From: Chloroflexota bacterium | Lineage (GTDB): Bacteria; Chloroflexota; Dormibacteria; Aeolococcales; Aeolococcaceae | NCBI GenBank assembly: GCA_005880985.1 | Contig: VBIQ01000008.1 | Coordinates: 64,003 to 128,002 of the forward strand | Direction of reading: 5' to 3' | DNA length: 64,000 nt | In this document: one piece after another, positions 19,123-27,706 of the stretch | How the letters are laid out: each line of letters begins with the position of its first letter | Position numbering within the stretch: the stretch's first letter is position 1 | Translations under genes and position numbers: made by a program | Notes under the pieces: model-generated | What the model was told of the DNA's origin: nothing | What the model saw: the letters and a program-made list of their open reading frames with translations, nothing else | Databases searched by the model: none

Positions 19123-21012
19123 TCAACGGCGGCCGTCGGCGGCCAGGCTGCGCGCCGCCGCGACGATGTGACGTGCGGAGATCCCAGCCGCGTCGAGCAG
19201 CTCGGCCGGTCTTCCCGATCCGGGAAGACCGCGCACCGCCAGGTGCCGGATCCGCGGCGGTCGCTCCTCCTCGGAGAGCGCCTCCATCACCGCCGCTCCC
19301 AGGCCTCCCTGGGGATAGTGGTCCTCGACCACCACCAGCCGCCCTCCGGTCACTCGCGATGCTTCGCGCAGGGTCGCGACGTCGACCGGCTTGACCGAGT
19401 ACAGGTCGATGACGCGGACGTGGGCGCCAGCGGCGTCGAGCTCGGCCGCCGCCTCGAGGCATTGGTGGAGGGTGACCCCGGCCCCGATCAGGGCCACCTG
19501 GTCGTCGTCATGCTGGCGCAGGACCTTCGATCCGCCGACCGCGAACGTCTCGTCCTCGGTGTAGATGACCGGATAGGCGCCGCGGGTGGTGCGCATGTAG
19601 ACGATTCCGTCGGTCGTGGCCATCTCCGCCACCAGCCGCACCGCCGACACGGCGTCGCATGGATAGAGCACCGTCGAACCGTGCACCGCGCGCAGCGCGG
19701 CGAGATCCTCGAGCGCCATCTGCGACGGGCCGTCCTCGCCGATCTCGACCCCGGCATGCGAGCCCGACAGGCGGATGTTGGCCTGGGAGATCGCGGCCAT
19801 GCGGATGAAGTCGTAGGCGCGGCTGAGAAAGGCGGCGAAGGTCGAGGCGAAGGGGACGTAGCCGCGCACGCTCATGCCCACCGCGGCCGAGATCAACTGC
19901 TGCTCGGCGATGAACATCTCGAAGAAGCGGTCGGGATAGGCCTGCTTGAACTCGTCGGCATGGGTCGAGTTGCTCACCTCACCGTCCATGGCGACGACGT
20001 CGGGGCGCGCTCCGAGCGAGACCAGCGCATCTCCGTAGGCCTTGCGAGTCGCCACCTTGTCGCCCAGCTGGTAGCGCGGCAGCTCGATGCGGGCGCCGGC
20101 ACCGTGTGGGGTTGCCGGCTCGCGGTGCTCCGGCACCGCCACCTCGACCCGGAGGTCGCGAACGCCGCCGAGCTCGGCGATGGCGCGCTCCGCCATGTCC
20201 TTGGGCAGCGCCTTGCCGTGCCAGCCGTCCTTGTTCTCGATCTCCGGGAAGCCCTTGCCCTTGACGGTGCGGGCGATCACCACGGTGGGACGGTCGCCGC
20301 CGTCGCGGGCATCGCCGAGGGCACGGTCGATCTCACGCAGGTCGTGGCCGTCGATCACCAGCGGACGGCAGCCGAACGCTTCGACTCGCTGCCGGTAGCG
20401 GTCGAGGTCCCAGCCGAACTCCGTCTCGCCGCGTTGACCCAGGCGGTTGACGTCGATGATGGCGCAGAGATTTCCGAGCTGGTAGTGCGCGGCCTTGTCG
20501 AGCGCCTCCCACATCGAGCCCTCGGCCATCTCGCTGTCGCCGCACAGGGCCCAGACGTGGTAGGGGAGCTTGTCCATCGCCTTGCCGGCGAGAGCGATGC
20601 CGACGGCAATGGGCAGCCCCTGTCCGAGCGAGCCGGTGGCGACGTCGACCCAGGGGAGCACCGGGGTCGGGTGCCCCTGCAGACGTGACCCGAAGCGGCG
20701 ATAGGTGGTGATCAGCTCGCGGTCGTCGATCACTCCCACCGCCTTGAACATCGCGTAGAGCAGCGGTGACGCGTGGCCCTTGGAGAAGACCAGGTGGTCG
20801 TTGTTGGGCTCACGCGGGTTGGCCCAGTCGTAGCGGAGGTGGTGCGCCAGCAGCATCGCCATCAGGTCGGCGGCCGACATCCCCGAGGTGGGATGGCCGG
20901 ATCCGACCTCGGTGCTGCAGCGGACGCCGTCGACACGCAGCTGCTGCGCCAGTTCGTGCACGACGTCGAGGTCGACGCCGGCCTCGCCGGTGGTGCGCCG
21001 GGTGACTGCCAT
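19123..21012 (-). CDS. tkt: Transketolase (about 630 aa, animal-like clade)
   Basis: GSGHPTS, SKGHASP, ATGSLGQG, GDSEMAEGS, IAEQQ, GEDGPSQMALED; SD GGAGG before ATG 21012. Confidence 0.95.
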   Translation of the reverse strand: MAVTRRTTGEAGVDLDVVHELAQQLRVDGVRCSTEVGSGHPTSGMSAADLMAMLLAHHLRYDWANPREPNNDHLVFSKGHASPLLYAMFKAVGVIDDRELITTYRRFGSRLQGHPTPVLPWVDVATGSLGQGLPIAVGIALAGKAMDKLPYHVWALCGDSEMAEGSMWEALDKAAHYQLGNLCAIIDVNRLGQRGETEFGWDLDRYRQRVEAFGCRPLVIDGHDLREIDRALGDARDGGDRPTVVIARTVKGKGFPEIENKDGWHGKALPKDMAERAIAELGGVRDLRVEVAVPEHREPATPHGAGARIELPRYQLGDKVATRKAYGDALVSLGARPDVVAMDGEVSNSTHADEFKQAYPDRFFEMFIAEQQLISAAVGMSVRGYVPFASTFAAFLSRAYDFIRMAAISQANIRLSGSHAGVEIGEDGPSQMALEDLAALRAVHGSTVLYPCDAVSAVRLVAEMATTDGIVYMRTTRGAYPVIYTEDETFAVGGSKVLRQHDDDQVALIGAGVTLHQCLEAAAELDAAGAHVRVIDLYSVKPVDVATLREASRVTGGRLVVVEDHYPQGGLGAAVMEALSEEERPPRIRHLAVRGLPGSGRPAELLDAAGISARHIVAAARSLAADGRR

Positions 21013-21125
21013 TCTCACCTCCCTCGATCACGGTGCACGGGAACGCCCGCCGGTCTCCATCATGGCCCCTGGGATCGGATGACTGCAGGGGCCCAACTCC
21101 GGCGCGGAGTCGCGTGCGCCGACGC

Positions 21126-21824
21126 TCAACCCGGGCCGAGCAGGGCGGTGACGGCGGCGCGGGCGGCGGCGGCGCGCGCCGGCGCGGCGGCGAGCTCGTC
21201 CTGCCGCCGCCGGCGCCGTTCGTCCGGCCCGCCGGGGTCGATCGCCCGCCGCCACCACGGTACCGCGGCCTCCCCGAGACCCACGCGCCGCGCCAGCCGG
21301 GTCACCGCGACGGCGTCGGCGACGCCGCCGCAGACCAGCACCTGCCCGACCACCGCTGCCGCGGCCTGGCGCCAGGCATCCGCCTCGCGGTCGACAGCGG
21401 CGATGCCGGCGCGGCCCAGGGAGATGAGCACCTGCTCGCTGCGACCAACGTCGCGCACGGTGGCGATCCGGCCCACCGCGGTGTTGGGGCCGCCGCTCGC
21501 ACGGGCGGCCAGCTCGGCGTCGCCGTCGAGGATGACCGCCGCCTCGCCGGCCATCGGAGTGGCGATCGCGGTCCCCGCGACGGCGACGCGGCGGGCCCGC
21601 GGCATCCAGAACCCGGCCGCCTGCCGCGCCGCGGCGATCCCGCTCCCGCTGACCACCAGGGCGATCGTTCCCGCGGGAGCGGCACAGGTCCACGCGGCGC
21701 GCGCGCGACCGGCGGGCACGCTGCGCAGCTGCAACCGCCGGCGGCGGAGCTCGCCCCGGACGGGGACGGCGTCCGCCGACAGCGCGCAGGCGACGATCCC
21801 GACCAGCCAGGGCTGCTGTGCCAT
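21126..21824 (-). CDS. Divergent nucleoside phosphorylase-fold (PNP_UDP_1/HpnG-like) protein
   Basis: VVSGSGIAAA, VAVAGTA and AAVDREA resemble the GxG..., GxAG and AVDME elements of this fold; SD GAGGAG upstream. Confidence 0.5.
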   Translation of the reverse strand: MAQQPWLVGIVACALSADAVPVRGELRRRRLQLRSVPAGRARAAWTCAAPAGTIALVVSGSGIAAARQAAGFWMPRARRVAVAGTAIATPMAGEAAVILDGDAELAARASGGPNTAVGRIATVRDVGRSEQVLISLGRAGIAAVDREADAWRQAAAAVVGQVLVCGGVADAVAVTRLARRVGLGEAAVPWWRRAIDPGGPDERRRRRQDELAAAPARAAAARAAVTALLGPG

Positions 21825-21948
21825 TGCGGAGGCTCCTCGGTGCTTCGATATGGGCGTGAGGAGTCTGCCCGGAGACCGGCGGCGGGCGTGGGTGACCCCC
21901 GCCGGACGGGGTGTACACTCGGGTTCCCGAGACGGTTTTGCGCGCCGC

Positions 21949-22025
21949 GCGCCCATAGCTCAGCCCGGATAGAGCAGCGGACTACGGATCCGCGTGCGGG
22001 GGTTCAAATCCTCCTGGGCGCGCCA
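21949..22025 (+). tRNA. tRNA-Arg, anticodon ACG
   Basis: Cloverleaf GCGCCCA/TGGGCGC, D arm GCTC/GAGC, anticodon arm GCGGA-CTACGGA-TCCGC, T loop TTCAAAT, encoded CCA; TACACT -10 at 21914-21919. Confidence 0.97.
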
Positions 22026-22063
22026 CCCTGTTTCGAGTTCGATTCGCAGCGTGGAGCTAGCCG

Positions 22064-22681
22064 ATGGGTTTGTACCAGGACCAACTCCTGCCGCGATTCC
22101 AGGACAAGGTGATGAGTCGAAAGGCGACGCGCGAGCCCCGAGCCCGCGTCTGTGCCGGCCTGCATGGCGAGATCGTGGAAGTCGGCTTCGGCACCGGGCT
22201 CAACGCTCCGCACTATCCGGCCGAGGTCGTCAAGGTGTTGGCGGTCGAGCCGTCGGCGGTGTGCATGCGGCTCGCGGAGCCACGGATCGCCCGCACCTCG
22301 GCCCGGGTCGAGTTGGCGGGTCTCAGCGGCGAGCATCTGGACCTGCCCTCCGATGAGTTCGACGGTGTGTTGTCGACGTGGACGCTGTGCACCATCCCCG
22401 ACGTCGGTGTCGCCCTCACCGAGCTGCGACGGGTGTTGCAACGCGGCGGGTCATTCCACTTCATCGAGCACGGGCACGCGCCGGATCCCAAGGTGGCGCG
22501 CTGGCAGGGACGGCTCGAACCGCTCAACAAGCGGCTCGCCGGGGGGTGCCACCTCACTCGCGACATCCCCCGGCTGATCGAGGACGCGGGGTTCGCCATC
22601 GAGCACCTCAACAAGTATTACTTCAAGGGCGAGCCCAAGGTGTTCGGCCACACATTCGAAGGCCGCGCCGTCAAGGTTTGA
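22064..22681 (+). CDS. Class I SAM-dependent methyltransferase
   Basis: IVEVGFGTGLN, WTLCTIPD, FIEHG, GGCHLTRD. Confidence 0.92.
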   Translation: MGLYQDQLLPRFQDKVMSRKATREPRARVCAGLHGEIVEVGFGTGLNAPHYPAEVVKVLAVEPSAVCMRLAEPRIARTSARVELAGLSGEHLDLPSDEFDGVLSTWTLCTIPDVGVALTELRRVLQRGGSFHFIEHGHAPDPKVARWQGRLEPLNKRLAGGCHLTRDIPRLIEDAGFAIEHLNKYYFKGEPKVFGHTFEGRAVKV

Positions 22682-22714
22682 CGAGGGAGCCGCAAGCCGC
22701 AGCGGGAGGCGGCC

Positions 22715-24652
22715 TCAGGCTTTGACGGTGGTGCTGGCCGTGCCGGAAGAGCCGTCGTCGTCGCTGATGACCACCGTCACCGTGTAGGTGTGTCCCTGGG
22801 CGTACTGGTGGTTGAGGGTGAAGGTCCGTCCCGTGAGGGCGAGTGGCTGCGGCCCGGCTCCGTCGCCGTAATCGACCGTCGCCGTCCAGGTGTCCGATGC
22901 GGGATCGCTGAACGAGCCCGGCTGTGAGTAGGTCTTCGTCCCCGAGCCGGCGAGGGTTGCCGTGGGAATCGCCTGGACCACCGGCGCGACGTCCACAACC
23001 CGCAACGACGTGCTGCCTCGTCCTGAAGCACTGCCGTCGTCGGTGACGGTGACCGTCACCGCGAACGTTCCCTCGTTGGCGTAGGTGTGGCCCAGCGTGA
23101 ACGATCGCCCCGCGAGCGCCAGCGGGTGGGTTCCGCTGCCATCGCCGTAGTCCACGGTCGCCGTCCACGAGCTGCTGTCGGGATCGCTGAACGAACCGCC
23201 GCCAGAGAAGCTCGTCCCCTCGGACACCTGGGCAGCCGCGTTGACGGTGACCGTCGGCGGCGTGTCGACCCTCGCGGTGGGAGTGGGTGATGGCGAGGCC
23301 GGTCCGGTGCTGGTTGGTTGGGCGGCAGCTGATGCTGCCGGCGTCGCCGTCGCGGTCGGGTTCGGCTGCAGCCGAACCGCCGACGGCACCGGCGAGCCCG
23401 CGGACGCAGCCGGGGTGGATGCGGGCTGAGGGTTGGGCGACGGCGTGGCCGTCGCGCCGGGTATCAAGGATGCGGAGCGACCCGGGGGAACCGGCTTGGT
23501 GTGGGCCGCCGCAGTTGCCGGTGCGCTCGCGGCCGCCGAGTGGTGCGGTCCCAGCACGCCGCCGACCACCAGTCCGGCGGTCGTCGCGGTCACCGCCACG
23601 CCGGAGGCGATCTGGCTGCCGATCTGGCCGAAGCCACCGCCGAGGCGCCCGAGCAGCGGGAATTGACCGAGCCAGGCTCCGAAGCCGGCAGCCCGCCAGA
23701 TCCGGCCAACCGAGATGTTGAGGAAAGCGCGGACCACTGCGGGATCGAAGTGCGTGCCGGAGCACCGAACCAGCTCCCCGCGCGCCGCGGTCGCCCCCAT
23801 CGGCCGGCGGTACGGCCGGGGAGCGGTCATCGTCTCGTAGGAGTCGGCGACCGCGACGATGCGGCCTCCGAGTGAGATCTCCTCACCTCGGAGGCCGCGA
23901 GGGTAGCCGCTGCCGTCGAATCGTTCGTGGTGGTGTTCCACCGCGAACGCCCACTCGCCCAGCCAGGGGAAGATCGGTGCGACCAGCTTCGCGCCCTGCT
24001 CCGGGTGTGCATGCAGGGTCGCCCACTCTTCGTCGTCCGGCGCTGCCGCCTTGGTGAGGATGTCGGCGGGCACGTCGAGCTTGCCGATGTCGTGCAGTAG
24101 GGACGCCCACCGCAGCCGCGCCCGGTCGAGCTCGGGCAGCTGCATCTCCTCGCTGATGAGGTCGGTGAACACCCGCGTCCGTTCCGAGTGCCCGCGGGTC
24201 TGGCGGTCATGGAGCTGCAACGCGGTGACAAGCTCGAGCACTGTTCGCGCCCCGAAGGCATCGTCTTCGAGGCCGTCCTCATGGGCGCGAAGCAGCTTCT
24301 GGCGGAGCTCCTCGGGCCGGCCGACCCGGCGGGCCACGGCGAAGCGCGCCGGCGCGCGGTCGGGGAAGAGCAGGCTGAGGTTGAGCAGCGTCGCCAGAGG
24401 AATCAGCCGCCGGGCCAGGCGCCCGACCCCTATCAGCGCCACCAGCGATCCGGCCACCACCACCGTCCACCACAGCCCGATCCGGAGCGCGCCTTCGGGG
24501 CGGGGAAGGACCTTGATCAGCAGCATCGACGCTGCCAGCGAGGCGGCGACGGGAAGCACGAAGATCGCCGCGCGCAGGAGCCCGCTGAGCAGCGGACGAC
24601 GCCGCCAGAGTTGCCCGGGACGCGGCTCCTCCACCCTCTGCTCGGGGTTCAA
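22715..24652 (-). CDS. Transmembrane HD-GYP phosphodiesterase with C-terminal tandem PKD/Ig-like domains
   Basis: Two N-terminal TM helices; HD-GYP motifs HSER, LLHDIGK, HHHERFDGSGYP, AVADSYETMT.RPY, HFDP; further hydrophobic helix; Pro/Thr/Ala linker; two SFSDP..WTATVDYGDG...H.Y....VTV...DD repeats. TTG start with GAGGAGG upstream. Confidence 0.9.
   Translation of the reverse strand: MNPEQRVEEPRPGQLWRRRPLLSGLLRAAIFVLPVAASLAASMLLIKVLPRPEGALRIGLWWTVVVAGSLVALIGVGRLARRLIPLATLLNLSLLFPDRAPARFAVARRVGRPEELRQKLLRAHEDGLEDDAFGARTVLELVTALQLHDRQTRGHSERTRVFTDLISEEMQLPELDRARLRWASLLHDIGKLDVPADILTKAAAPDDEEWATLHAHPEQGAKLVAPIFPWLGEWAFAVEHHHERFDGSGYPRGLRGEEISLGGRIVAVADSYETMTAPRPYRRPMGATAARGELVRCSGTHFDPAVVRAFLNISVGRIWRAAGFGAWLGQFPLLGRLGGGFGQIGSQIASGVAVTATTAGLVVGGVLGPHHSAAASAPATAAAHTKPVPPGRSASLIPGATATPSPNPQPASTPAASAGSPVPSAVRLQPNPTATATPAASAAAQPTSTGPASPSPTPTARVDTPPTVTVNAAAQVSEGTSFSGGGSFSDPDSSSWTATVDYGDGSGTHPLALAGRSFTLGHTYANEGTFAVTVTVTDDGSASGRGSTSLRVVDVAPVVQAIPTATLAGSGTKTYSQPGSFSDPASDTWTATVDYGDGAGPQPLALTGRTFTLNHQYAQGHTYTVTVVISDDDGSSGTASTTVKA
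22718..23270 (-). repeat. Two internal PKD-like repeats (about 92 aa each)
   Basis: SFSDPDSSSWTATVDYGDGSGTHPLALAGRSFTLGHTY versus SFSDPASDTWTATVDYGDGAGPQPLALTGRTFTLNHQY. Confidence 0.85.
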
Positions 24653-24963
24653 GCTGCTGACTGCCTCCTCGATGGCGCGGCACGAGATCTCGCCCGCGCG
24701 CGTTCACGGTGATCATGGATGCCAGTAACCCCACCGCCTGAACCGCCGGCGTGACAAGCCCGTAAACGCCCTCCCGGCTCCCGGTTCGGCTTCTGCCCCG
24801 GATCGGTCACGAGGCCTTGACGCGCTCGTCGGGGCGGCCGGTGGGCGGCGACGATTCCCCGCGACGCGAAGGTTCGCGCGTGAGGGACCGCCGGGAACGC
24901 CATGGCAGTGGCCCGGTCCGGCCACCCTGACGTTCGCCTACCCAAGAGGATGGATGAGTTGAG

Positions 24964-25551
24964 GTGAAGGCAGACGGGGGTGGTGCCCTCGCCCGACGCG
25001 CACAGCGCCGGCGCGAGTCCGGCGTCTCCATGGTCGAGTTCGCGATCGTGGCACCGCTCGGACTCCTCCTCATGTTCGGCATCGTGATCTTCGGCCTGCT
25101 GGAGATGAACCAGGTGGCGCTGAGCAACCTCACGAGGGACTCGGTGCGTGCCGGCGGTGTCTGCGGCAGCGCGTTGCGAGCTTCGAACTCCAAGCTTCCC
25201 GATGGGAATGCCTGCTCCTACGCAAACCTCAAAACCTTCGTCACCAACCGCCTCAACGGGCTGCCGAGCGGCTCGGTGGTGAAGCCGCCCGCCGCCGGCT
25301 TCAGCAGCACCAACTGCGACACCACCGACACCAACGCGATCTACTGCGTCTGGGACGCATCGCACAATGCCGTCTCGATCAGCAGCTCCAACCCGCTCGA
25401 CGCCTGCATCAAGGGCGACGAGCTGGAGATCGTCACTGAATTCAGCCAGAGCCTGTACACCCCGTTCGTCGGCAAGGCCTTCGGCGGCAGTGGCTCGAGC
25501 AAGACGCTGAGCGCCGACGCCTACGCAGCGTGCGAGCAGGCACTGTCATGA
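24964..25551 (+). CDS. TadE-like minor pilin
   Basis: Basic leader RRRESG|VSMVEFAIVAP (prepilin G|xxxxE motif), hydrophobic helix, Cys-rich head. Confidence 0.88.
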   Translation: MKADGGGALARRAQRRRESGVSMVEFAIVAPLGLLLMFGIVIFGLLEMNQVALSNLTRDSVRAGGVCGSALRASNSKLPDGNACSYANLKTFVTNRLNGLPSGSVVKPPAAGFSSTNCDTTDTNAIYCVWDASHNAVSISSSNPLDACIKGDELEIVTEFSQSLYTPFVGKAFGGSGSSKTLSADAYAACEQALS

Positions 25552-26090
25552 GCTTTCGCCGCTCGCGATCGAGGAGACGGCGGGGTCAGGCGATGGTTGA
25601 GCTGGCCATCGTCGCCCCGATCCTGGTGCTGCTGGTGACCGGTGGCGCCCAGGTAGCGGTGGTCGTCTATTCCCAGGTATCCGTTGGCACCGCGTCGAGG
25701 GAAGGCGCCCGCACCGCTGTCGACAACCCCAAGGACACGCAGCTGTTCCCGGCAGCAGTCACCAAGGACTGCACCAGCTCCAGCGACACGCGCAAGGCCT
25801 GCGCCGCCGCCTTCAACTCGACGACCCAGACCTTCGGCCTTGTCAACCCCGCGAATTTCACCGTCCACCTGTCGTCGCAGAAGTACCCCTCGGGGACCTC
25901 CACCCCTTCCTGCAACGGGAGCGCAGGCACGGCCGACGATGGGCTCGTCCAGGTGCAGGTCACGTATCAGGCGCCCATCTTCGTCCCATTTGTCAACCGG
26001 TTCTTCGCTGATTCCGGTCAGTCGTATCGCACGGTAAAGAGCACCGTGACGATGCGGGTCAGCCCATGCTCGGCCAATGGTGGTAACTAG
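25548..26090 (+). CDS. TadE-like minor pilin
   Basis: RRRRG|QAMVELAIVAP, ASREGARTA, VQVQVTY...FVPF; ATGA overlap with the previous gene. Confidence 0.92.
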   Translation: MSFRRSRSRRRRGQAMVELAIVAPILVLLVTGGAQVAVVVYSQVSVGTASREGARTAVDNPKDTQLFPAAVTKDCTSSSDTRKACAAAFNSTTQTFGLVNPANFTVHLSSQKYPSGTSTPSCNGSAGTADDGLVQVQVTYQAPIFVPFVNRFFADSGQSYRTVKSTVTMRVSPCSANGGN

Positions 26091-26091
26091 A

Positions 26092-27645
26092 ATGCACAGG
26101 CCTCGTCGCTCCGGCGGGCAGTCCGGCCAGATGCTCGTCGTCACGGCGCTCCTGGCTCTGGTCCTCATCGGCGCCACCGCTCTGGCGGTCGATCTCTCGG
26201 CCAACACCCAGAGCCGGCGCAGTCTCCAGAACATCACCGACTCGGCCGCGCTGGCGGCGGCTCGGAACCTTCCGAGCAACCAGAATCAAGCGATGAAGGA
26301 CGCGCTCGACGACCTGGACCGCAATTCTCCATGGTCCAGCGACCCAACCTGGCTGGCCAACGCCCAGGCTGCGATCACCTGCGCCGGCGGCACCTGCACG
26401 GTCAGCTACCCGGGGCCGGGAAGCTACAGCAACTACACCGTATCGGCCAGCACCCCACCGGCCAGCCCGAAGAACTCCGCCTACAACAGCAGCAGCTACA
26501 TCCAGGTGGACCTGACGCAGAGCACGACCAACGGCTTCGCCGGGGCGGTCGGGTTCAGCTCGTCCACCGAGGTGGGCCACTCGGTGGGCTACAGCGCCGG
26601 TCCGTCGACGTTCTACGACTATGCCTTCTTCTCCAAGGTGCACGCCGGTTCGGGTAACCAGCAGGAGCAGATCTACGGGGACGCGTACCTCGGTAATGGG
26701 TACTCGCCGCAGAGCTCAGGCAAGGCGGGCTTCTGCGCCTTCCAGCTGACCGGCAAAGAGACCGCCGCGACAGATACCGATAACGACCTGAACGATCCGA
26801 TGCCTGACAGCGGCGGCGACGTCGATGATCAGGGCCACCTGACCTTCGCCGGGCCGCCGAGTGTCGGGCCAAACCCCAGCTATGATGTGGGACCGCCCTG
26901 TGCGGGCAGCGGCGGGCTGAGCGCGCAGTCCGGCCCGCCGAGCGCGAGCAACTGTCCGCCGGCTTCAGCTCCGCAGTCATACACAAGCGGCGGCACCACC
27001 TACTCGGTCTGCGTTCAGGCGGCGCCTCCCCTTCCGAATATCATCGCGCCCACCGTCACCACGGCGAGCGGCACTCCTGCCCTCTGCGGCGCCACCATCT
27101 CCAACGGATACGCTAAGGGCGTATACGCGGTGGGCGCCAATTGCACGGTGACGCTCGACTTCTCGTCCGGCAACATCGACTGCGTCTCCCTCGTGCTGGG
27201 CGCGGGGGCATCGGTCAGCATCACCAACAAGAAGGGACAGAACTACATCAGCGCTTTTGGCTTTGACCCCACGACCTCCGCCAAGGCTGTTGCCGCCATC
27301 AACGCTTTGCCAGCGGTTGCCCCGGTCGCTGCGTGTCTCGGTGCGAGTGGGACGGAGCCGGGGCCGAACAAGAGCGTCATCTGGTCACCCAACACCTCGG
27401 CCAGCCCCATGCCGACGGCGTTGAGCAATGCCGCGACAGGCTGCTGCAGTGACACCCTCTTCCTCGGCACCGTCTATCTGCCCGGCCAGCAGGTGAGCTT
27501 CGCCACCAACCAGGCGATGGAAGACGTCGGCATGGTGTACGTGGGGGACTGGGACGTCCAGAGCGGAAACCATCCCAACCCCATGGTGCAGTTCGATGGG
27601 GCGGTGGCGGCACCCCTGCAGACCATCCTTCGGTTGGTCGAGTAG
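26092..27645 (+). CDS. TadG-like pseudopilin with large Cys/Ser/Thr-rich C-terminal head
   Basis: QSG|QMLVVTALL...ALAVDLS...LQNITDSAALAAA Tad N-terminal domain; ends ILRLVE. Confidence 0.88.
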   Translation: MHRPRRSGGQSGQMLVVTALLALVLIGATALAVDLSANTQSRRSLQNITDSAALAAARNLPSNQNQAMKDALDDLDRNSPWSSDPTWLANAQAAITCAGGTCTVSYPGPGSYSNYTVSASTPPASPKNSAYNSSSYIQVDLTQSTTNGFAGAVGFSSSTEVGHSVGYSAGPSTFYDYAFFSKVHAGSGNQQEQIYGDAYLGNGYSPQSSGKAGFCAFQLTGKETAATDTDNDLNDPMPDSGGDVDDQGHLTFAGPPSVGPNPSYDVGPPCAGSGGLSAQSGPPSASNCPPASAPQSYTSGGTTYSVCVQAAPPLPNIIAPTVTTASGTPALCGATISNGYAKGVYAVGANCTVTLDFSSGNIDCVSLVLGAGASVSITNKKGQNYISAFGFDPTTSAKAVAAINALPAVAPVAACLGASGTEPGPNKSVIWSPNTSASPMPTALSNAATGCCSDTLFLGTVYLPGQQVSFATNQAMEDVGMVYVGDWDVQSGNHPNPMVQFDGAVAAPLQTILRLVE

Positions 27646-27706
27646 GCAGGGAGCGGTCGGCACCAACCGGCCGCCACTTCGCCCGGCGTCGCGTACGCTG
27701 CTCACC

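Noticed and set aside
24700..24960. c-di-GMP or c-di-AMP riboswitch
   Set aside because: Only fragments such as GGGGTTAC on the minus strand match; the GGCAAAC/GACGCAAAG core and tetraloop-receptor pairing were not found.
21949..27645. Genomic island integrated at tRNA-Arg
   Set aside because: No integrase and no duplicated tRNA 3' end seen by eye; only a mild compositional shift.
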